IMG/VR virus record: IMGVR_UViG_3300042879_006196
Span: 1-64,000 of that record
DNA: 64,000 bases
Strand: one strand, 5' to 3'
Under the pieces are notes generated by a model, which worked only from the letters and a program-made list of their open reading frames with translations, did not search any database and was not told where the DNA came from. Position 1 is the first letter of the stretch; each line of letters starts with the position of its first letter. Shown here one piece after another: positions 27,969 through 37,441 of this stretch. The position numbers were made by a program, and so were the translations under genes.

Positions 27969-30900
27969 ATGATTAATATACATAATGTAGAATTGAATGA
28001 CAAGGATTACATAAAAATAAAAGATTTCATTTCTTCCCATGTAAATGAAAATGTCTGGTTTCGTGTGAATGATCAAGTGAGGAAATATTTCTGCCATAAA
28101 CACAGAGGTAAAATTTATAAGAGGATGTTCAAATGATTAATATAGATTGTGTGAAGGTATTTGATATGAAACAGGTGTGGGATGAGCTGACTTTTCAAGT
28201 GAGTGATCCAGTGGATAAGCATGTGCTGTCTGACGTGTGGTATCAAGTGAGGGATAAGGTGTGGATTCAGGTACGATTTAAGGTGTGGATTAGGGTGTTG
28301 TTATGGTTAATACAGATTGTGTGAAGGTGAGGGTGCTGAATCAGGTGAGTGATCAGGTGCGGGATCAAGTGAACTATCCAGAGGCAAATCATGTGCTGTC
28401 TGACGTGTGGCATCAAGTGAGGGATCAGGTGTGGATTCAGGTACGATTTAAGGTGTGGATTAGGGTGTTATGGTTAATACAGATTGTGTGAAGGTATTTA
28501 ACCTAATACAAGCGTGGGATGAACTAACAACTTATCAGGTAAGGTATTCAGTGAAATATCATGTGCTGCATAATCTCTGGTATGAAGTGGGGGCTGGGGT
28601 GAAGATTGAGGTGAGGCATAAGGTGTGGTTTGATTAATACAGATTGTTTGAAGTAAAAGTGATTAGATATCAGGTAAGTGATAAGTTGTGGGAGTTGGTG
28701 ATCAGACAGGTATGGAATCAGGTGAGGTATAATGGTCGGTGGCATCAGGTAGAGGGGAGGGTGCGGGATCGGTTGTTCAAATGATTAATACAGATTGTGT
28801 GGAAGTGAATTATAGGGGGTGGATTCAGGTACGATTTAAGGTGTGGTTTGAGGTGAGAGATCGGGTGTGGCTTGAGGTAAGTGAACATCCAGTGTGGAGT
28901 CAAATTTTTTTCCATCAGGTGTTTGAAAAGGTGGAGTGCGAAGTGTGGTATGATTAATATAGATTATGTGAGGGTGAGGAATCAGGTGGGTGAGCAGGTG
29001 AGCTGTCAGGTGTGGAATCAGGTGTTTGAGCATTTAGAAGATCAGGTAGAGTATCAAGTGTATAATCAGATTTTGTCTGAGTTGCATGATCAGTTGTATT
29101 ATAAGGACTGGGAGGTGTGTTATAAAATACGGCAAAAGGTGTGGTATGATTAATACAGATTGTGTGAAAGTGGAGAATCATGGTTGTTGGCAGTTTAGGG
29201 ATCAGGTGTGGTATCAAGTGGAGCAACAGGTGTGGCACAAGGTGTCTAATGGGGTTCGGGATAGGGTGTGGATTAAGGTGTTCAGATGATTAATACAGAT
29301 TGTGTGAAGGTATTTGAACTAAATCAATTGTGGAATCAAGTGAGTGATCAGGTGGAGTGGAAGGTGCGTGATGAGGTAGAGTATAAGGTGTGGCTTCAGG
29401 TAAGATACAAGGTGTGGGATCAGGTGCAGTTTTGGGTAAGATTCAAGGTGAAGTATCAGGTGTGGCATGATTAATACAGATTGTGTGGAAGTGAAACATC
29501 CAGTGTGGACTCAGGTGCAGAATCAGGTATATTGGCAGGTGAGTAAACAGGCATGTCATAAGGTGGAGTGGAAGGTGTGGCATAAGGTGTGTAGTGGGGT
29601 GCGGGAATGGGTTGTGTATCAGGTGTGGGATCGGGTTGTGTATCTAACGTTAAATGATTAATACAGATTGCGTGAAGGTATGTGAGATTAATCATGTATG
29701 GACTCAGGTGAATTATAAGGTGACACATCAGGTGAAAAGAGTGGCATCTCAGGTTCGCTTTGAGGTGATGAGTCAGGTGTGGGATCAGGTGTATTGGATG
29801 ATGTGGCAAAAGGTGGTGTGGTATGATTAATACAGATTGTGTGGAAGTGGAACATAAAGTGTTGGAGACGATGTGGTATCATATGTGGGAAAAGGTGTGC
29901 TATGGGCTGATATTTCAGGTATGTAGTGAAGTGAGGCTTAAAGTGAGGCTTAAGGTTTTTGTTTGAGGTGTGGTATGATTAATACAGATTGTGTGGAGAT
30001 GGTGCGTCCAGTGTGGACTCAGGTTCGAAATCAACTGTTTACTCAGGTGCAGAATCAGGTAGATCATAAGGTGAGGGCTCAGGTGTTCTTGAACGTGTGG
30101 TCTAAGGTGTGGGATCAGGGGTGGTATCAGGCGTGGGATAAGGTGATAAATGATTAATACAGATTTTGTGGAAGTGAAAAATCAAATGTGGGGTGAGGTG
30201 AGGGATCATGCGTGGTTGAAGGTGTGGTATCTGGCGAGGAATCAGGTGAGGAACCAGGTAAATGATCAGGTAAGTGGTGAGGTGATTAGTCTGCTTGTGT
30301 ATCAGGTGTGGCATCAGGTGTTGTATCAGTTGACTGATATGGTTTGGAATAAGGTGATAAATGATTAATACAGATTGTGTGGAAGTGAAAAATCATCCAC
30401 ATATGCAGGTAAGACAGCAGATGAGACACAGGGCGTGGTTTCAGGTGTGGAATCAGTTGGTTCCTATGGTTTGTGATCATGTGTGGAAGCACATGTATAT
30501 TCAGGTGCAAATTCAAGTGTTGGATAAAGTGATGTATGGATTGTATGAAGAAGGTGAACAATCAGGTGTGGCATGATTAATACAGATTATGTGGGCTTAC
30601 TCGGAGCGGCAAAAACTCAGGCTCAAAATGAAATTAACAGTATTGTGCAACTTGAAGTGTGGGAGAAGGTGATCAGTCAGGCATGGCTTAACACGTGGCA
30701 AAAGGTGTGGTATGATTAATACAGATTGTGTGAAAGTGGGGAATCCAGTGGGGAATCAGTTGGGGTTTGAGGTGAATTTTCAGGCGAGGTGGCAAGTGAT
30801 GTCTCATGTGGAATATGTGGTGCGGCATGATGTGAGGGATCAGCTGGAGTGCAAAGTTTGGTATATGTGGTGGAAGGTGTGCAAATGATTAATACAGATT

Positions 30901-33178
30901 GTGTGAAAGTGGAAAATCAAGTGTTTAATGAGGTGCAGAATCAGGTGTGGTGGAAGGTACATGCTCAGGTGTTCCGTAAGCTGAGAGGTAAGGAATGGTT
31001 GGCTGAGTTGTGGCAACAGAAAACATATGTTGTCACGTATCAGAATCAGGTTCTACTTAAAGTAAAACTTCAGGTGTGGTATGATTAATACAGATTGTGT
31101 GGAATTGTATAATGAGGTTTCGAATCAAGTGAGGGATCAGGCGTGGGCTCATGGACTTCAGGCGTGGTGGCAAGTGAGGAATAAGATAAGGTATCAGCCT
31201 TGGCATCAAATTAGTAGGAAGGTGAGAAAACAGGTATGGTATGAGGTGTGGTATGATTAATACAGATTGTGTGAAAGTGTATAATGAGGTGCAGAATCAA
31301 GTGAGGGATCATGTGTGGATTAATACAGATTGTGTTAATACAGATTATGTTGAATTGTATTATGAGGTTTCGATTCAAGTGAGGGATCAGGTGTGGTATC
31401 AGGCGTGGGATAAGGTTTGGGATCAAGTGAGGAATAAGATGAAGTATCAGGCTTGGCATCAAATTAGTAGGAAGGTTAGAAAACAGGTATGGTTTGAGGT
31501 GTAGTATGATTAATACAGATTTTGTGAAAGTGGAAATTTGGGTGTGGGATCAGCTAAAGAATCATGTGAAAAATGAATTTAGTAGTGAAGTGTGGCAACA
31601 GGTAAATGTTAGGATGTGCGATCAGGTGTGGGAGAAGGTGATCAGACAGGTACGATATAAGGTGTGGTATGATTAATACAGATTGTGTGAAGATATATAA
31701 TAGTAAAAATCCAATGATTGATCATATGTGGGATCTAGTGACAACCCAATCGTTTTATGAGTTTTTGAATTATGTGCTTTTCAAGGTAAAGAGACAGATA
31801 TGGAATAAGGTGTGGCTTGAGGTGTTCAAATGATTAATACAGATTGTGTGGAATTGAGCCATCACGCGCTGGATCAAGTGAGCAACAATACGCGGTATCA
31901 GCTGGAGTGGAAGGTATGGGCTCATGTGGATCATGCGGTAAAACAGATTGGTTTGCCGTTTAAGGTAAAGTTGCAGGTATGGAATAAGGTGATAAATGAT
32001 TAATACAGATTGTGTAAGGAATAAGATGAAGCAGAAGCACTTGGATTTTAGACATCAAACGCAAAAGTATGTATGGGCTAACTTTATATTAGGGCTTGAG
32101 TATCGTGTGAGACTTAATGTCTGTAGTAAGCTTACGAGTCAGATATATTATCAGGTGAGTGTATATATTTATAATAAGGTGTATGATGATTAATACAGAT
32201 TGTGTGCAGATAAATGATGATGAATATCAGGTAAAAAGTCAGAAGTATAAACATATATCTAATGAGATGTATCTTGAGGTGTGGTATGAGATGTCTCAAA
32301 AAGTATTATATTTTTCTGTGCGTGAGTTGTGCATTAAGGTGTTTAGATGATTAAAATAGATTGTGTGGAGATTAAGGTTCAACATCACATTTGTCTTGTG
32401 CACATTCATGTTTCTAATCAGGCTTATCAGGTGTGGGACAAGAATTGTAAAGGAGTGTGTTTTCCAAGGCGTCAGTTGTGGTTTGAGGTGTTTAGATGAT
32501 TAAAACAAATTGTGTGGAGATTAAGGTTCAAGATCAGATTTGGTTTGTGGATCATTATTTGTCCAATGAAATGTGGTGTCAGGCTTTGAACAATACAGTG
32601 CTTTGGGCAATTCCTAATGTGGTAATTTATAATGTGCGCGATAAAGCTTGGATCAAGGTGTTTAGATGATTAACACAGATTGTGTGAGAGTGGACAGTCT
32701 TGAAATAAAGCATGAAGTTGTTTTTGAGATGAGGAATAAAGTGTGGAATCAAATATATTATCATGTGTCTTGTAAGGTTTGGAGGCTGGTAAAGCTTCAG
32801 GTGTTTGGGTGTTCAGATGATTAATACAGATCGTGTGGATTTGAAAAATCATGATAATCTACATTATCATCTTACTAATTCACCAAGATGGTATGTGTGG
32901 GATCAAATTAATCTTCAAGTGAGGAATCATGTTTCTAAGGTAAGGTTTAAGTTGTGGGATGAGATGTTAAAATGATTAATACAGACTGTGTGAATATAAG
33001 GAATGGTGAAAAAATCCAAATGGATTTGCAGAACCATGTGGATATAGTTGATATCCATTCTGTTCGAAATTCTATTTATTATCAAGTAAGAAGATTAAGT
33101 AATGTAACTTTGATAAGATATAAATTACAAAAGATTTTTTTTGATTATTTGTCTTATGATTTATGTGGGATATTGTGA
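27969..33178 (+). repeat. MINTDCV micro-ORF array, block 3 (30 units by manual count)
   Basis: Repeats from 27969 to 32972; promoter at about 27903-27935; first and last units are the most diverged. Confidence 0.95.
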
Positions 33179-33350
33179 AAAAAAGTGGGAATCAGATTGT
33201 GTTAGATTGTGGTAAATTTATGGATAAAAAGTGGGAATTAGATTGTGTTAGATTGTGGTAAATTTATGGATAAAAAGTGGGAATTAGATTGTGTTAGATT
33301 GTGGTAAATTTATGGATAAAAAGTGGGAATTAGATTGTGTTAGATTGTGT
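33179..33350 (+). repeat. 46-bp tandem repeat, about 3.6 copies
   Basis: GTGGGA at 33185, 33231, 33277 and 33323; each unit carries two AGATTGTG. Confidence 0.92.
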
Positions 33351-33537
33351 TTTTATCGTTGCTCCTGCACACTCACCCCTCACACAATCTGAATTACTAT
33401 ATGAAGCCGATACACAATCTGAGTAATACTGGGGGTCATGGCTCCACAGACGTGCGGTTAAAAACTAAAATCAGATTGTGTATTTACGATCTGAATCAGA
33501 TTGTGTGTTTAGTTTTCGAGCAAATTTTTTTTCGAGC

Positions 33538-33601
33538 AAATGCCCGCATTAACGGGCGGGCAAATTTTTCGAGGAAATGCCCGCATTCGCGGGCGGGCAA
33601 A
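33538..33601. repeat. Two GC-rich palindromic direct repeats
   Basis: TGCCCGCATTAACGGGCGGGCA and TGCCCGCATTCGCGGGCGGGCA. Confidence 0.8.
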
Positions 33602-33918
33602 AATAAAAAAAAATCTGAAACTTTTCGAGATTGTGTATCGTATAATAATATGGAGGTTAAGCTTTTTCACTCTTCTGAACTTTGCTACGAGTAAATGTGC
33701 ACTGCAAGAAAGAAGTGTAGGAAGAATAAGTTTACCTTCTCCGCATCATCTACCAAGTTGTAGAAGGAGCTAGTAACTGCCTTAGGTTTAGGTCGTTGCT
33801 TTTAAGACACAGGTCTAATAGAACAGACACCATCTGCGGGTGGGGAAGTGAGGGGCAGAACCTTGCGTGTCATATACAATAAAATCAATGTGAGTTAATC
33901 GCCACGTTGAAAGTTGGA

Positions 33919-33944
33919 AGGGGGGTTGATTACCCCCTTTTTTA
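33919..33944 (+). terminator. Intrinsic terminator
   Basis: AGGGGG...CCCCCT followed by a T-run. Confidence 0.75.
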
Positions 33945-33946
33945 TT

Positions 33947-34225
33947 ATGAACGATTTCGAGGCTATTGACAGTATAGATTTTAATCACTCTTTTGAGATT
34001 TGGGAAGAGGGTGTGACTTTTTTGTTACCTGGTGATCACATGTTATTTGTAAAGCATGAGGAGCTAGATTATCTCAATGGAAATTCAGATTGTGTTTCAA
34101 AGATTGTTGATTCAGAAAATTTAAATTTCTTTATGGAATTGTTTGCGAAGGCATTTGAGGTTCGTGAGCAGAAGAGGAAAATTTTTCGAGCGAATTTGAG
34201 GCTAATCACACAATCTGGAAAGTAG
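33947..34225 (+). CDS. Hypothetical protein
   Basis: ORF. Confidence 0.6.
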   Translation: MNDFEAIDSIDFNHSFEIWEEGVTFLLPGDHMLFVKHEELDYLNGNSDCVSKIVDSENLNFFMELFAKAFEVREQKRKIFRANLRLITQSGK

Positions 34226-34263
34226 GTTTTTTCCAGGTTTAACACAATCTGATTATAATAGTC

Positions 34264-34542
34264 ATGGCTGATGTTGAATCATACAAAGTTGTGAAGGATT
34301 TCGAGGGCAATGGTTTTCGAGTATCTAAGGGTGTGATCATGCGCAACACTTTTATTGATTCTGGATCAGATTGTGTATCAGTGGTTGGTTCTTCAGTATT
34401 TGTAAACATTCCAAAAGATTGTTTAGAGAAAATCGAAGAGAAGAAATTCGAGAAAAAAATTCGAAAAAAGAAAAAAGAATCAGTGGTGCAATCAAGTTCT
34501 GCAAGAATTTCGAGCAGACCAGACTTATTGAAGAAAGAATGA
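34264..34542 (+). CDS. Hypothetical basic protein
   Basis: ORF at the repeated promoter. Confidence 0.7.
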   Translation: MADVESYKVVKDFEGNGFRVSKGVIMRNTFIDSGSDCVSVVGSSVFVNIPKDCLEKIEEKKFEKKIRKKKKESVVQSSSARISSRPDLLKKE

Positions 34543-34642
34543 AACAATTTGCTTTCAAATTTCGTATATTAAAGTGAAGAACAAAATCTGGTTTTTTCCA
34601 GGTTTAACAAAAACCAAATATAATCAAAGTAAAGAAAACACT

Positions 34643-35104
34643 ATGAGTAGTAAAACAAAACAAACTAACAGTGGCGCAACTGCCACCAATCGTCAAACTA
34701 TGGTCTACGCTCGCGATTCTCGCGGTAGATTCGCAAGTCCAAGTGCAGTGGTAAAGAGCAGCAATAAGAAGAAGGCAACTTCCTCTACTACATCTACTAC
34801 TAGCATTGTGCGAGACAGCAAGGGTCGGTTTTCGAGCAATCGAAATCAATCTGTACCTTCGAAGGCATCTAATGCTAAGAATGGTGGTCTTCCTACATCA
34901 AGTTTCATTAAGACAATCAATATTAATGAAGACAACACTGTTGAAGTGGTCATGACAAAAAATCCTAAGACTGTGTATAAGTATAAGCCCACTTTGAAGG
35001 GATTGTCAAGTCTTCGTTCGACATTGAAGCGTGGCGAAAGCCTTGGCGGTGCTTACAACAAGCACTTGCGTGGTCGAGAGATTTCTCGCACCATCTTCCG
35101 ATAA
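34643..35104 (+). CDS. Basic protein with two RDxxGRF motifs and a KTSC-like C-terminus
   Basis: ARDSRGRF, VRDSKGRF; SSFI........VEV......VY.Y.........GESLG.AYN..LR. Confidence 0.7.
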   Translation: MSSKTKQTNSGATATNRQTMVYARDSRGRFASPSAVVKSSNKKKATSSTTSTTSIVRDSKGRFSSNRNQSVPSKASNAKNGGLPTSSFIKTININEDNTVEVVMTKNPKTVYKYKPTLKGLSSLRSTLKRGESLGGAYNKHLRGREISRTIFR

Positions 35105-35468
35105 GATTTTCGAGCTCAGCTCGAAATAAGTTGAGAATAGAGTAAGAGGAGAACTCTTAACAAGGATCATCGGTTGTAATATTTGTTCCTCCTTGAACAC
35201 TCAACAAAACGTTCTATCTCGAATCGTTCAGCAATGAGCTTCGGAAACATCTCTTCCCAGTAATGGTTAGGAAGTAATAAGAGTAAAGAAACAGTGCAGA
35301 CCCCGTTTGAAATAACAACGTAATTGCACCCTGGTACAAGTCCTACCACCGAAGATAGAAGATTTTCGAGCTCAGCTCGAAATAAGTTGAGAATAGAGTA
35401 AGAGGAGAGCTCTTAACAAGGATCATCGGTTGTAATATTTGTTCCTCCTTGAAGACTCAACAAAACGT
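35104..35468 (+). repeat. 109-bp structured direct repeat, two copies (35104-35212 and 35360-35468)
   Basis: Near-identical copies containing TCGAGC-TCA-GCTCGA, AAGAG-N5-CTCTT and GTTGAG...CTCAAC stems. Confidence 0.9.
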
Positions 35469-35555
35469 CATACACTCTGTGTCAGTGCCAGGTGTTAAGC
35501 TTTAGCCTGGTTTAAACCAAATAAAGTGGTGCTGTGTGTTTATTGATTAGTATAT

Positions 35556-35581
35556 AAAAGCCTCGGATTTCGAGGCTTTTT
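35556..35581 (+). terminator. Intrinsic terminator
   Basis: AAAAGCCTCG-GATTT-CGAGGCTTTT. Confidence 0.85.
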
Positions 35582-35587
35582 CTATTT

Positions 35588-35926
35588 ATGAGAATGAAAA
35601 ATTTATCGAATAAAGAATTGAATAGATTGTTAATGAACAAAAAAGATGAAAATTTATTTCTAAAAAGAAATATTGATCACAGCATTAATCAAATTAGAGA
35701 ATTGAGTGAAGCATCCTCAAATCATTTGAGAGAAATTACTAGTTTGCAAAAAAACATACACAATCTCACCACAGACAAAGAAACTATTGAGGAGAAAAAT
35801 GAAAGCATTGAAAATGAGATTGAGGAAATCGAGGCTGAAATTGATATGAGAGATAGGGAAGGCATTGTGATCAATAGTTATGCAGAGCTAGAGGAAGCTG
35901 GTCAGATGGTGTTTGAAGTTTATTGA
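35588..35926 (+). CDS. Coiled-coil hypothetical protein
   Basis: Heptad-rich ORF. Confidence 0.7.
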   Translation: MRMKNLSNKELNRLLMNKKDENLFLKRNIDHSINQIRELSEASSNHLREITSLQKNIHNLTTDKETIEEKNESIENEIEEIEAEIDMRDREGIVINSYAELEEAGQMVFEVY

Positions 35927-35981
35927 TCAGATTGTGTTTTGGATGAAATTTCGAGTAAATTAGATACGTAGAAGATTGTGT

Positions 35982-36389
35982 ATGAAAATTATTTTCAAAG
36001 AAAATGATAATGGATTGATGTGTTTATTTGACACACGATCTGAAAAGTTTTTTCCCCAAACTGTAGTGGGATGTTGTGTTAGAGACATTGATTCCCCTAA
36101 TGCAAAAGACCTTTTAGATTTAGCAAATCAGATTGCTAGAAAGCCTTTCAAAAATATTTTAGAGTTAGCGCAAAGTATGGTATATCAAGACAATGGATAT
36201 CTTGAGTGTTTATTTGCCAAAGCTTATGTTCAGATTAATCCAGATTTGAAAGAAAAGGTATTAGAGAAATTAAACAAGCCGAAGGTCAATAAGAAGATGG
36301 AGATCAAAGGGAAGAAGGTTAGGAAGCCAAAAGCTGCAATTGAATTTTCGGGTACCAGGAAAAGGGGCAGACCAAAGAAGATTGTGTAA
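35982..36389 (+). CDS. Hypothetical protein with a C-terminal AT-hook-like motif
   Basis: Ends RKRGRPKKIV. Confidence 0.65.
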   Translation: MKIIFKENDNGLMCLFDTRSEKFFPQTVVGCCVRDIDSPNAKDLLDLANQIARKPFKNILELAQSMVYQDNGYLECLFAKAYVQINPDLKEKVLEKLNKPKVNKKMEIKGKKVRKPKAAIEFSGTRKRGRPKKIV

Positions 36390-36434
36390 AAAGCGCGGTT
36401 TTTCCAGCTTTAACAAATTTCGAATATATTGATT

Positions 36435-36644
36435 GTGAAAATATTAAAATTAGCAACAGGCATAATTATATTATCAACAATCATTATGATGATAATGAAA
36501 TTATGCGGGGTAAATATTAGTTGGGATGTAGTCTTTTCTCCAATTGCTTTTACCTTATTCACCCTCACAGGTTTTGCATGGTTAGTGGTGATATCACTCT
36601 TCCTTCTTGTTGTGAGTGATTCTGGTTCAAGGAGCAAGAAATAA
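36435..36644 (+). CDS. Small membrane protein related to 1261..1470
   Basis: MKLCGVNISWDVVFSP; two hydrophobic segments. Confidence 0.65.
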   Translation: MKILKLATGIIILSTIIMMIMKLCGVNISWDVVFSPIAFTLFTLTGFAWLVVISLFLLVVSDSGSRSKK

Positions 36645-37213
36645 TGACAGAAATAATCTTTAATAGAAGTTACATTGAAACACTTTATAGTGCTAACTAT
36701 TTCGGTAGTACTACAGACTATAGCGAAGAGGAAATCGAGCGAAATAAAGAGCGATGGATTGAAGAAATGAAATTGCTTGGCTGGAACCTTGGAGACACAA
36801 TCTTTCTTGAGTATGACTATGTATCCAAAGATATATTAAATGATGAATCTGATGAAGATGAAATTGACAAAGAAGATGAATTTGAAAAGGCTTGTGAGAA
36901 GGCATTAGAAAAAATATCTAGACCTGATGAATCTGAAGAATTTCAATATGAAGAGGGGGTGCCTTACACAGGCGACGAAATCCATTTCACAAATGGAACT
37001 ATCTGGTCATTGCTATTATTTTCTGATTTGTATCCATTATTAACAATGGAAGGCGGCGAAAAAGAGGTGATTCTTATACCTATGTCTTTTGAGCAAATGA
37101 GAGAACAAGGTTTTGTTAAAGATTATTATTTTTTGAATGATGTAGAAGGAGTGCTTAAAGATGCTTTGAAGGGTGGGGCTAAGATTGTGAGAGGAGTGGG
37201 AGTAGCAAAATGA
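36644..37213 (+). CDS. Acidic hypothetical protein
   Basis: TAATG overlap with the upstream gene. Confidence 0.75.
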   Translation: MTEIIFNRSYIETLYSANYFGSTTDYSEEEIERNKERWIEEMKLLGWNLGDTIFLEYDYVSKDILNDESDEDEIDKEDEFEKACEKALEKISRPDESEEFQYEEGVPYTGDEIHFTNGTIWSLLLFSDLYPLLTMEGGEKEVILIPMSFEQMREQGFVKDYYFLNDVEGVLKDALKGGAKIVRGVGVAK

Positions 37214-37422
37214 CCACTGAGAAAATGCTTGAGAAAATCGAGGCTAAAAATGACTTCTCAGATTGTGTGTTATTGGTGGGTTCTTTTGCTTCTTTGAAAT
37301 TTAATTTGGCATGTGTTGGAGATCAAGTGTGGGGTACTGGTCCTCGCGGCGATGAAATTGATACCACACGATCTGAGATGATGTCTGATTATGAGGGGTG
37401 CGCTTGGATTTTCCAGGTTTAA
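37210..37422 (+). CDS. Hypothetical protein, paralogue of 38771..38995
   Basis: EMLxKIE...DCV...VWG....G.EI..TR. Confidence 0.7.
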   Translation: MTTEKMLEKIEAKNDFSDCVLLVGSFASLKFNLACVGDQVWGTGPRGDEIDTTRSEMMSDYEGCAWIFQV

Positions 37423-37441
37423 CAGATTGTGTGTATATTAA

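Noticed and set aside
16260-32852. Minus-strand ORFs rich in PHL or TPD repeats, and off-frame plus-strand ORFs such as SGVV/RCG
   Set aside because: They are shadows of the CAGGTG repeats, with no promoter, Shine-Dalgarno or conserved start.
14479-33178. CRISPR array (21-nt repeat with variable spacers)
   Set aside because: Spacers are about 55-210 nt, related to each other, codon-structured and open as ORFs. The repeat is not palindromic and no cas genes are in the window.
14479-33178. Diversity-generating retroelement as the source of variation
   Set aside because: No reverse transcriptase in the window and no single template/variable pair. Differences between near-identical units are not confined to adenines (e.g. 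T16019 versus G25795). An RT elsewhere in the genome cannot be excluded.
33651-33944. tmRNA (TAACTGCC resembles a resume motif)
   Set aside because: No GGGG 5' end or TCCACCA 3' end, and the would-be tag ALGLGRCF lacks the usual ..LAA ending. Kept only as an unassigned ncRNA candidate.
34574-34642. N-terminal extensions in the ORF track (e.g. 1177, 4049, 10629, 34574, 44022, 58360)
   Set aside because: They run through promoter modules or upstream genes. The downstream ATG next to the -10 or Shine-Dalgarno is the more plausible start.
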